64,000 nucleotides of DNA from positions 465,833 through 529,832 of the forward strand of contig CP055308.1 of NCBI GenBank assembly GCA_013374855.1. Direction: 5' to 3'. The first letter of the stretch is position 1. The number at the start of each line of letters is the position of its first letter. Origin of the DNA: Candidatus Woesebacteria bacterium (lineage in GTDB: Bacteria > Patescibacteriota > Microgenomatia > UBA8517). The notes under the pieces were generated by a model. It was not told the DNA's origin and made no database searches. It was given only the letters and a program-made list of their open reading frames with translations. The translations under genes and the position numbers were made by a program. This document shows positions 1-8,299 of this stretch, in pieces.

Positions 1-87
1 TTTTGTTAGTCTATTTGCTTTTTTAATAGTTAATATTCTTTCCATGGAGTAATTTTACTATAGGAAGATGTCTTTGTAAATTAGTGG

Positions 88-291
88 TCAATTATTTTCT
101 GAGTTTTTACCTGCTCTTTGGGCAAGTGAAAGAAGGTTTTTTAGTACTTTTAGATTTCCTTCACTAACAGGTTCACCTTTTTTGAGAAGTCTTTCGGTGT
201 TTGCCACAGCACCTTTTAGAGATTCAACTCCACCTTCTTGTTGTGCTAGATCCTCAGCTCTTTTTATGTATTGTTCTATTCTTCTTTCCAT
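88..291 (-). CDS. Small hypothetical protein (orphan)
   Basis: 67-aa ATG ORF with GAGGA upstream, divergent from xseA; no recognisable motif. Confidence 0.55.
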   Translation of the reverse strand: MERRIEQYIKRAEDLAQQEGGVESLKGAVANTERLLKKGEPVSEGNLKVLKNLLSLAQRAGKNSENN

Positions 292-336
292 ATCCTCTTG
301 TATATTCTATAATCTTTTTACCTTTAGGCAAGTGGT

Positions 337-1584
337 ATGGAAAAAATATTTAAAGTTAGTGAGTTTAATGAGTTCATTAATCTTTATTTAGGGAAAATTG
401 GGGAAGTTGTTATTGAAGGTGAAATTGGAGAAATAAAGATAAGAGACAATAAATGGATTTTTGCCAAAGTTAAAGATGAGACTTCAAGTGTTGATGTTTT
501 TGCAATAACTTATCAAATTTCCGGTTACAGTGTTTTAGAACCGGGGATGCTTGTTCACATTTATGGAATTCCTCGTCTTTACCAAAAAACAGGCAGATTT
601 TCGGTCTTTGCTAGCAAGATCGTGCCGGCAGGTGAGGGATCTCTAAGGCTTGCTTTTGAAAAGCTAAAAGAAAAACTTGAAGCAGAGGGTTTGTTTGATC
701 TGTCGCGAAAGAGGAAAATTATTGATTTTCCAGAGCGAATAGGCTTGATTACAGCTTCTGGTTCGGCGGCGTATGGGGATTTTTTAAAAGTGTTGCGAGA
801 AAGAATGGGGGGTATAAAAATTTATTTTTACCCAGTTATGGTTCAAGGAAAGGAATCGGTTGATTCTATAGTTTCTGCTTTTGAGTATTTTAATTCAAGA
901 ATGCCAGATCTTGATGCTTTGGTCTTGGTTCGTGGTGGTGGTTCTTTAGAGGATTTGCAGTCTTTTAATGATGAGAAAATGGCACGGGCGATTTTTTCAA
1001 GTAAAATTCCTGTTGTTTGTGGCGTTGGCCATGAACAGGATTTGACCATTGCGGATTTGGTTGCTGATCTTCGGGCTTCCACGCCATCAAACGCAGCAGA
1101 GCTTTTGGTGAAAAAAAGAGAAGATGTGGCAAAAGATGTTAAAAGCAAAGTCAAGTCGATTAAATATTCGCTTTCCAAAAAAGTTTATTATTTTGATGCC
1201 GAATTAAGGCGAAAGATTTTTTCTCTTGACAGAGTTGTTTCTTGGCAAATTAGCTTGGCGGAAAGAAAAATTCAGATTATTGGCCATTTTTTTGATTTAT
1301 CAGGAGAGAGAGTGGTTAGTTTTTATAAAGAAACTGACTATCTTTCTCAACGGCTTGCCAATTTTTTACATTTACAGCTTGAGAGAACAAATGACAGGGT
1401 TAGAAATATTGAAAAGTATATTTTGAGTTTTGATGTCGATAAGGTTTTGTCGCGTGGTTTTAGTTTAACTTATGATAAGGATGGACAAATTATAAGATCA
1501 GCATTGCAAGTAAAACCCAAAGATCTAATTACAACGGGTTTTTTTGATGGTAAAATAAAATCAGAAGTGAAAGGAATTTTATGA
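337..1584 (+). CDS. xseA: Exodeoxyribonuclease VII large subunit
   Basis: N-terminal OB fold (IEGEIGE), IGLITASGSAAYGD, RGGGSLEDL, GVGHEQD, RASTPSNAAE; followed by xseB. Confidence 0.97.
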   Translation: MEKIFKVSEFNEFINLYLGKIGEVVIEGEIGEIKIRDNKWIFAKVKDETSSVDVFAITYQISGYSVLEPGMLVHIYGIPRLYQKTGRFSVFASKIVPAGEGSLRLAFEKLKEKLEAEGLFDLSRKRKIIDFPERIGLITASGSAAYGDFLKVLRERMGGIKIYFYPVMVQGKESVDSIVSAFEYFNSRMPDLDALVLVRGGGSLEDLQSFNDEKMARAIFSSKIPVVCGVGHEQDLTIADLVADLRASTPSNAAELLVKKREDVAKDVKSKVKSIKYSLSKKVYYFDAELRRKIFSLDRVVSWQISLAERKIQIIGHFFDLSGERVVSFYKETDYLSQRLANFLHLQLERTNDRVRNIEKYILSFDVDKVLSRGFSLTYDKDGQIIRSALQVKPKDLITTGFFDGKIKSEVKGIL

Positions 1585-1841
1585 AAAACAAAAAAACTTC
1601 GCTTCAGGCAGATTTTGAAGAGTTAACAGCACTGGCGGAGGAGTTTGAGTCAGGTAAGCTTGATTTGGAGGAGAGTATTCCAAAGTTTAAAAGGGGGTTG
1701 GAGCTTGCCAGAAGAATAAAAAAAAGACTTTCACAGATTGAAAATGAAATAAAGGAGATAAAGTCGGAGTTCAAGGATCTAGATGAAGAATCTGAATTGG
1801 TTGAAGTTGAGCCAAATGGCGATGAAGATTTTACGTCTTGA
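1581..1841 (+). CDS. xseB: Exodeoxyribonuclease VII small subunit
   Basis: FEEL..LAEEFESGKLDLEESIPKFKRGLEL pattern; 4-bp overlap with xseA. Confidence 0.93.
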   Translation: MKNKKTSLQADFEELTALAEEFESGKLDLEESIPKFKRGLELARRIKKRLSQIENEIKEIKSEFKDLDEESELVEVEPNGDEDFTS

Positions 1842-1871
1842 TTTTTTTGCCTTGTATATTAACATAGAATT

Positions 1872-2657
1872 ATGGAAGAAAATAATTCTGCTTTATCTTC
1901 AAAGTCTTCACAATATAGTGGCTTTTTAACAAAATTTCTTTTAGCTATTTTTCTTGTAGCTGTTGCTTTGGGTTCTTTTTACTTTTTTCCTTGGAAAGAT
2001 ATTAAATGGGGAAAGGTTGAATTATCTCCGTCTCAAACTATTACTGTAGTTGGTACAGCTAAAACAAGAGAAAAAAATCGGATAGCTACATTTTCTGTTG
2101 GAGTTTCTTATGTTTCTGATAATAAAGATGAAGCAGTCTCGTTAGTTAATAAAAAAGTTGATGAGATAGTAACCTCATTAATTAAATTTGGTATAGATAA
2201 GTCAGATATTAAAACAGAAAACTTGAGTGTTTATCAGCAGGAGGAGCAGTATTGGGAGGAGGGAAGACAAAAGACTCGTCCTGGTCAGTGGAGAGTGAGT
2301 AATAGTATCTCAATTGTTCTAAGGGATGTTGATAAGGCCTCTGATCTTACAAGTCTTTTAGCCAAAAGCGGGGCGACTAATGTTTATGGTCCGAATTTTT
2401 CTTTAGAAGATACAAAGGAAGCTGAAGCTTCTATTTTAAAGGACGCAATTGATGATGCAAGAAAAAAGGCTGAAGGTATTGCCTCTTCTTTTGGTAGAAA
2501 ATTGGGAGACGTTATTAGTATCTCTGAGACAGGAACTCCTGTGTATTACCCTGTTTATAGAGAGGGTTTGGGTGGTGGCGGTGGAGGCGGGGCACCTGTT
2601 GAGCCGGGTAGCGCGACTGTTTATAAGAGCGTGACGGTAGTTTTTGAATTGGATTAG
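1872..2657 (+). CDS. SIMPL domain (DUF541/BP26-like) exported protein
   Basis: N-terminal TM, TITVVGTA, AIDDARKKAEGIA..G.KLG.V.SISE, PVEPG..TV..SVTVVFEL. Confidence 0.88.
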   Translation: MEENNSALSSKSSQYSGFLTKFLLAIFLVAVALGSFYFFPWKDIKWGKVELSPSQTITVVGTAKTREKNRIATFSVGVSYVSDNKDEAVSLVNKKVDEIVTSLIKFGIDKSDIKTENLSVYQQEEQYWEEGRQKTRPGQWRVSNSISIVLRDVDKASDLTSLLAKSGATNVYGPNFSLEDTKEAEASILKDAIDDARKKAEGIASSFGRKLGDVISISETGTPVYYPVYREGLGGGGGGGAPVEPGSATVYKSVTVVFELD

Positions 2658-2664
2658 TTATTTA

Positions 2665-3161
2665 TTATTCTAAAATTCTGTTTTTCTGGAGAGTTTCTAA
2701 TAATTTTTTCATCTTTGATTCTTTTTCGACTGCTTCTTTAATTTGTCTTTTGTACTTTGCAAAAAAATTTTTTACCTCTCCAACGGCATTTATTTTTTCT
2801 ATCTCATCTGGAGAAAACCATCCAATTCCCTGTCCCTCATTTCCCAGCTTTACTCTTTTGTGTTCATTCCCTGACAGTTTGGCAAATTAGATAGCTCGTC
2901 TTGCGTTATCAATTGGTGTTTTGAGAAAACCTAGGAAGTGGTAATTTTCAGGGATTATAGCTATTTCTTCTTTCAGTTCTCTTTCTAAAGCTTGGTTGAA
3001 TGTTTCCCCTTTTTCTACCCTGCCACGGGTATTGTCCATTTATCAGGATCAGGGATGGTTGGTTTATTGTCTCTTTTAATCATTAGAATTTTGCCTTTGT
3101 AGAAAATTAAAGCACTGGATGATGCCGGGAGATTGGGTTTTGTATTTCCTTCTTTGGGCAC
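2665..3161 (-). pseudogene. Disrupted Nudix hydrolase
   Basis: Manual translation: VPKEGNTKPNLPASSSALIFYKGKILMIKRDNKPTIPDPDKWTIP, 1-nt frameshift near 3026, then GRVEKGETFNQALERELKEEI (Nudix box); in-frame TAA at 2887-2889; frame continues KLGNEGQGIGWFSPDEI to a stop at 2665. Confidence 0.85.
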
Positions 3162-3166
3162 TTTTA

Positions 3167-3772
3167 TTAAAAAAGTCCATGCTGACCTGTTTCTGTTTCT
3201 TTTTCGTAAGAAAAGTTGACTTTTACCTCTTGGATGTTATTCCAGTGATCTTTGAATTTTAAATATCCTTTTTGTAATCCAAAATCATAGATTTTTCTTG
3301 TTATCTCAACATCAGCCTCACAGTATTTTTTAAGAAGAGATAAGCTTCTTGGATCCCCTTTTTGAAAGTAAAGAACAGCGTTTGCACCGTTGTCTGTTTT
3401 GGAAATTCCAAGAGTTTCTTTGGCAATGCTGTCAAGAGATACTCTTTTACCAAAGGAATTTTTGACTTCTTGAAGAATGTCAAAATGGGATAATTTTGGG
3501 AAAAATGGGGGGCTGTATGGCTTCAGGGCTGGTACATCAAAACGGATACTATTGAAACCTATTATTCTCTTTGCATCCAAAAAAAGCGACCACATTTTTT
3601 CAAACTCTTTTTCCCAAAAAGAATACATTTTTCCTTCTATTTCTTTAAAATTTTCGTCAATTGTTCTTTTGTAGAGTGAGACTATAGAAACTCCCAGTTC
3701 TTCTGGTCTTGATGCTCCAGATTCGTCAAAAAACGTTTTAGTCTCAACGTCAAAAAATACTTCTGTGATCAT
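3167..3772 (-). CDS. RNase H-like / DEDD 3'-5' exonuclease domain protein (YprB-like)
   Basis: FFDVET (ExoI), IIGFNSIRFD (ExoII), SLDSIAKETLG, YCEADVEIT (ExoIII). Confidence 0.85.
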   Translation of the reverse strand: MITEVFFDVETKTFFDESGASRPEELGVSIVSLYKRTIDENFKEIEGKMYSFWEKEFEKMWSLFLDAKRIIGFNSIRFDVPALKPYSPPFFPKLSHFDILQEVKNSFGKRVSLDSIAKETLGISKTDNGANAVLYFQKGDPRSLSLLKKYCEADVEITRKIYDFGLQKGYLKFKDHWNNIQEVKVNFSYEKETETGQHGLF

Positions 3773-3854
3773 AAGGTAGCAGTCATTTTATTCCTTTTTG
3801 TTTTGCTTTTTCAACAGTAATCTCTTTTATCTTGAGTGTGCTAGAATTTAGATT

Positions 3855-4319
3855 GTGAAAAGATCAGCTGGAATTTTGGTTTATAGGAAAAGAAGTGGGT
3901 GTGTAGATGTATTACTTGTTCATCCGGGTGGACCTTTTTGGATAAAGAGAAATGAGGGTGTGTGGAGCATCCCTAAAGGGGAGGTTGAGAAAGGTCAAGA
4001 CCTGCTTGATAATGCCATAAGGGAATTTGAGGAAGAGACGGGATTGGTGATTGAGAATGCTGACAGGAGGAAAATTTTTTATTTGGGGGAAGTTAAGAGT
4101 AAGAATAAAATAGTTTTTGTCTATGCCTTGGAAAAAGATTTTGGGGAGAATTTTATAATTGGGGATAATTTGATTGAAGTTGAGTGGCCTCCAAGATCAG
4201 GTAGAATAGTTAAATTTCCAGAAGTTGATAGAGTTGAATATTTTGATCTTGCCGTGGCTTTTGATAAGCTTGTAGATTATCAAAAGAAGATATTGGAAAT
4301 GCTTAAGAGTTATTGTTAA
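3855..4319 (+). CDS. Nudix hydrolase
   Basis: SAGILVY, LLVHPGGPFW, WSIPKGEVEKGQDLLDNAIREFEEETG Nudix box, FPEVDR. Confidence 0.93.
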   Translation: MKRSAGILVYRKRSGCVDVLLVHPGGPFWIKRNEGVWSIPKGEVEKGQDLLDNAIREFEEETGLVIENADRRKIFYLGEVKSKNKIVFVYALEKDFGENFIIGDNLIEVEWPPRSGRIVKFPEVDRVEYFDLAVAFDKLVDYQKKILEMLKSYC

Positions 4320-4458
4320 TTAATTGGTTTATTTTTTCTTTCTTCCATCTCTTCTTATATGCTTTTTTTCGCATTCAGGTTTTCTATTAATTTCTACAGG
4401 GCCTGTGCCAGTTGGTGATTTTGGCCTTTCTACCTGTGATTGTGTTCCGTTGTTTTTT

Positions 4459-5646
4459 TTAAATTCGACTGTCATTATCTTTGGCCTGCATATAATACCT
4501 CTTTCCTTTTAATTTGTCAGGAAGGAGTGATTCCTTTGTGTATTTTTGGTACCCTTTCCCGTAGCCAATTTTCTTCATAAGACTTGTTACAGGGTTTCTT
4601 ATCTTAAGAGGTATTGGTAGGTTTCCATATTTTCGCACGTCATCTAAAGCTTTCATATATGCTTCGTATGCAGACCTGTCCTTCTTAGCAGTTGCAAGGT
4701 ATACGGTTGCGGCAGCCAAGTTTTCTTGGCATTCAGGTAGCCCCACCTTATCACAGGCATCAAAAGCTGCGTTTGCTACAACTATTGCTGTTGGACTTGC
4801 CACATCTTCTGCGGCAAACACAATCATTCTTCGGGCAATGTACAGAGGGTCTTGTCCTGATTCAATCATTCTGGCAAGGTAATAAAGAGAGGCATCGATA
4901 TCGGAGGCTCTCATTGATTTAATATAGGCTGAAATTAGGTTGTAATATTCTTCGCCCCTTTTATCAAAGGAAAGTTGTCTTTTTTGTAAAGCTTTTTCTA
5001 TGTCTTTTGTCGATATTTCTTTTTGGTTGGTAATTGATTTTGCAATTTGCAGAGTATTGAGGAGAACTCGCGCATCACCATTTGAACTTTCAATCAAGAA
5101 AGAAAGCCCTTCTTTTGAGATTTTTGCTTTGAGATAGGATATTCCCTTTAGTGTGATTTTCTCCAATTCTTTTTCTTCAAGTTGTTTGAATAAAAGGACT
5201 TTTGTTCTTGACAGAAGTGGAGAAATGATTTCGAAGGAAGGATTTTCGGTTGTTGCTCCGATTAAAATTATTTTCCCTGTTTCAACATATGGCAAAAGCT
5301 TCGACTGCTGTGATTTATTAAAGCGATGAATTTCGTCAATTACGATAACAGGCGGTCTGCTTTTGGGTGAGGATTCTTTAAAGGTATTTTCAATTTCTTT
5401 GATTGAAGTGGAAACTGCTGAAAACTCAAAATATTCTCTTTTTAAATTTTTAGCAATGATTCTTGCTAGTGTTGTTTTTCCAACTCCCGGCGGTCCCCAG
5501 AAAATAAGTGAGGGAAAATATCCGGATACTCCTGACTTTGCAAGTAGTCTTGGTAATATTCCAATTTTGCTGACAAGATGTTCTTGTCCGACGAAATCCT
5601 CTAGAGATTTTGGTCTTAGAATCTCTGCCAGTGGTTTTATATTCAT
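4459..5646 (-). CDS. rarA: Replication-associated recombination protein A (AAA+ ATPase)
   Basis: PLAEILRP, WGPPGVGKTT, IDEIHRFNKSQQ, GATTENPSF, KSMRASD, YIARRM; ATG 5646 chosen, 8 nt after TATAAT. Confidence 0.95.
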   Translation of the reverse strand: MNIKPLAEILRPKSLEDFVGQEHLVSKIGILPRLLAKSGVSGYFPSLIFWGPPGVGKTTLARIIAKNLKREYFEFSAVSTSIKEIENTFKESSPKSRPPVIVIDEIHRFNKSQQSKLLPYVETGKIILIGATTENPSFEIISPLLSRTKVLLFKQLEEKELEKITLKGISYLKAKISKEGLSFLIESSNGDARVLLNTLQIAKSITNQKEISTKDIEKALQKRQLSFDKRGEEYYNLISAYIKSMRASDIDASLYYLARMIESGQDPLYIARRMIVFAAEDVASPTAIVVANAAFDACDKVGLPECQENLAAATVYLATAKKDRSAYEAYMKALDDVRKYGNLPIPLKIRNPVTSLMKKIGYGKGYQKYTKESLLPDKLKGKRYYMQAKDNDSRI

Positions 5647-5683
5647 CTTGAGCAATTATAGAACAAAAGTTAAAATCTACTCA

Positions 5684-6313
5684 GTGGGATTTTTAGAAAA
5701 AGTTTTGGAGACTTCTTACTCTCTACTTAGTGGCGAGATTAGAGTTATTAAATCTTTGGCTTGGGGTACTTTTATTCAAATAGGTGGAATTACTCAATCG
5801 GGTGGTGTTGTAGAGCAGATTTGGAAGGATGTGGTAAAAAAGATAAATGGGGAATTTGACAATATTTTGATTTTAGGTTTTGGTGGAGGGTCTGTAGCAA
5901 AAATTCTTCGTAAGAAATTTAAAGACTCCAAGATTGTTGGTGTTGAGATAGATCCTCTAATGGTAAAGATGGGAAAGAAGTATTTGGGAATGTCAGGAAA
6001 AATAGCAAAGGTTTACACAGATGACGCTTTGAACTGGCTTTTGAGAAACAGGGGTAGAAAGTTTGATTTGATTGTAGTTGATGTATACCAAGGCAAGGTT
6101 TTTCCTAAAAAATTCGAGTCTGACAATTTTTTAAATTTGGCAGCGTCGTTTCTTTCCGAAGAGGGAATTTTAATTTTTAACAGGCTTTATACTTCAGATT
6201 TGGGTGTTCGCAAAAGTGCTTTAAGATTTGGAGAGAAGTTGGAAAAAAAATTCAAGAGGGTGGTTCGTCTTTTTCCATGTGCTAATTTAATTTTTCTCTG
6301 CAGCAAAGCCTAG
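5684..6313 (+). CDS. SAM-dependent methyltransferase (spermidine synthase-like)
   Basis: LILGFGGGS motif I, GVEIDP, DDA, FDLIVVD; GTG 5684 follows TAAAAT (the longer ORF overlaps rarA antisense). Confidence 0.85.
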   Translation: MGFLEKVLETSYSLLSGEIRVIKSLAWGTFIQIGGITQSGGVVEQIWKDVVKKINGEFDNILILGFGGGSVAKILRKKFKDSKIVGVEIDPLMVKMGKKYLGMSGKIAKVYTDDALNWLLRNRGRKFDLIVVDVYQGKVFPKKFESDNFLNLAASFLSEEGILIFNRLYTSDLGVRKSALRFGEKLEKKFKRVVRLFPCANLIFLCSKA

Positions 6314-6699
6314 CGATAGAAACTTTGGCACTCTCCAGTTATTGGATCGCACCGGAAGATTTTTCTTTTGCTTTCTTGTTTCACTTTTCCTGGGATTTTG
6401 TTTTTGAACTCTTTCCACTGAGGAATTTGCCTTTCTACCCAGTTGTCAAATGGTTGAGAGACTAGTGTTATTGAGTAGAATATGGAAAAGAACAAAAGTA
6501 TTGTGCTTAAAGTGTAAATTATTGATTTTTCTCCAAATGCAGTTTTAAGTCCAACGGAAATCAAAATAAGCGGCCAGAATTTAAAAAGAACATTCCATAC
6601 GCTCCACGGCAATATTCCAAAGTTGTTAAGAAGAAGTATTATTCCAACAGCAACAAGAATCAAAGCACCCAAGGTGTCTTTTTCTTGATTCTTATTCAT
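6310..6699 (-). CDS. DUF5668/LiaF-like membrane protein
   Basis: GALILVAVGIILLLNNFG..W..LFKFWPLILI motif; coupled to the PspC gene. Confidence 0.75.
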   Translation of the reverse strand: MNKNQEKDTLGALILVAVGIILLLNNFGILPWSVWNVLFKFWPLILISVGLKTAFGEKSIIYTLSTILLFFSIFYSITLVSQPFDNWVERQIPQWKEFKNKIPGKVKQESKRKIFRCDPITGECQSFYR

Positions 6700-7127
6700 T
6701 TTTTAAAGATTATTCCAAATGCAATAATTATTAAAACCAAAGGCCAGAGTTTAAAGAGTTGTTCGATTCTAAAGATTCCGAAGTTTTCGAGAAGAAAGAG
6801 AACCCCAATCAAGGCAAGCATCAGACCAAGAACATACCTGCCTTCATCTTTTTTGGCATAGTATTTTCCTTTTTCAAGAAGACCTTTTGCTTCTTCTTTG
6901 ATTTCCTCTGCATTTTCCTGAACTGATACCTTTTTACTTTTTTCCGAAGGAATAATAAGCCATAGGATAAGGTATAGGAGAATACCCCCGCCGCCAAAAA
7001 GTGCAATTAACAAAAAAACTATTCTTATTACAGTAGGATCAATATTAAAATATTCTCCCAAGCCAGCACAAACACCACCAATTAGGCGATTTGTTTTTGA
7101 CCTGTAAAGAATTTTTTCTTTTGTCAC
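6696..7127 (-). CDS. PspC domain envelope-stress membrane protein with C-terminal DUF5668-like TM
   Basis: LYRSKTNRLIGGVCAGLGEYFNIDPTVIRI is the PspC signature; GTG 7127 follows TAAAAT. Confidence 0.9.
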   Translation of the reverse strand: MTKEKILYRSKTNRLIGGVCAGLGEYFNIDPTVIRIVFLLIALFGGGGILLYLILWLIIPSEKSKKVSVQENAEEIKEEAKGLLEKGKYYAKKDEGRYVLGLMLALIGVLFLLENFGIFRIEQLFKLWPLVLIIIAFGIIFKK

Positions 7128-7188
7128 TATAGCTATTTTATTCTTTTCTTTTTTCTCTTGCAAGGAGTTTGTGTTTTGATAAAATGGT

Positions 7189-7623
7189 GTGATGTTGAAA
7201 GGTAAAAAAACTTGGTTTTTTGCAATAAGTATTTTTTCTTTGGTGGGCATTGCTCTTGCTGCTTATCTTCTTTACAGTTTCTATAATCCAAAACCCTCTT
7301 TGATTTGTGATATAAACGATAGGGTAAATTGCCAAGCAGCGGTTACGGGGTCTCTTGCCACTTTTGCCGGAATTCCTGTTTCTTTGGTTGGTCTTATTGG
7401 CTATGCTTTACTTTTGTTTGCAGGATTGACCTACCGCAGTAAACTTGCTTTTGCGGTAAGCGCTTTGGGGATGATTTTTTGCTTGCGGCTTACTATTTTG
7501 GAATTATTTTTTATTAAAGTTATCTGCCCAATTTGTATTGCCTGCCAAGTTATTATGCTTTTTATCTTTATTATTTCTTCTTTCTTGGTCTTTGGAAATA
7601 GATATAAAGTGTTGGAAAAGTGA
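7189..7623 (+). CDS. Vitamin K epoxide reductase (VKOR) family protein
   Basis: CDINDRVNC loop, FAGIPVS, CPIC redox motif, about 4 TM segments. Confidence 0.9.
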   Translation: MMLKGKKTWFFAISIFSLVGIALAAYLLYSFYNPKPSLICDINDRVNCQAAVTGSLATFAGIPVSLVGLIGYALLLFAGLTYRSKLAFAVSALGMIFCLRLTILELFFIKVICPICIACQVIMLFIFIISSFLVFGNRYKVLEK

Positions 7624-7649
7624 AGGGTGTGATGAAAGTAAAATTAGAC

Positions 7650-7705
7650 GAAAAAAAGAGGGGGTTTTGAGATAATAATTAGAGATAGCATCTCTCTACC
7701 CCCTT
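7650..7705. terminator. Probable bidirectional hairpin terminator between convergent genes
   Basis: AGGGGGT...ACCCCCT outer stem with inner AGAGAT/ATCTCT pairing and an A-run at the 5' side. Confidence 0.5.
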
Positions 7706-7722
7706 GTTGATGTTTTTTAGTC

Positions 7723-8082
7723 CTAGCTTTGTGGCTCAACTAGTTTAAGGATTATACTAGCGATATACTCCCCCAAGTTAAAGATCAGGCTAAGTCCCCA
7801 AACAACCCAGAACCAATTTCCGATTGGTTCTGCTGAGGAGAGTTGATCAAATTGCAAACCGATGAAGGTTGCCGAAAAAGCAAAAAAATACAGATATAGT
7901 TCAAGAACTTCTGCTATCTTTTTTCTTCTTGATACCCCGCTAATCATCAAGAAGAGACTAATTGAGAAGGTTATTACCAGTATGATTTGAATACCTAACC
8001 GATTTCCTGCTTGGAAATATATTACTGCCATTATAATGGCCAATACTCCTTGGACTAGGTTGGCAACAGTTCTAATCATCAC
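7723..8082 (-). CDS. Hypothetical 4-TM membrane protein (orphan)
   Basis: Hydrophobic ORF with AAGGAG upstream. Confidence 0.6.
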   Translation of the reverse strand: MMIRTVANLVQGVLAIIMAVIYFQAGNRLGIQIILVITFSISLFLMISGVSRRKKIAEVLELYLYFFAFSATFIGLQFDQLSSAEPIGNWFWVVWGLSLIFNLGEYIASIILKLVEPQS

Positions 8083-8299
8083 ACACTCTCCTTTTGTTGG
8101 AAAAAATGTAAAAGAGCTTTAACTCTAATGAGATTATACTATATTGCTACCCTATAGTCAAGAATAAAAAAACTACTTTGATTGTTTGTGTTGTGTAAAA
8201 TTTGTTGGTTGAAATTAAAAATTTTCTGGTTGGTTTAGAAAAAATCTTTGCTTTAATTCACTTTTCTTTTAGTTTAAAATGGGTGTAAACTATTGTTTT

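Noticed and set aside
4329-4475. About 48-aa basic ORF on the minus strand overlapping the rarA stop
   Set aside because: Too short and featureless to support
5363-5683. N-terminal extension of the methyltransferase ORF
   Set aside because: Antisense shadow of rarA; the GTG at 5684 with a -10 box is the better start
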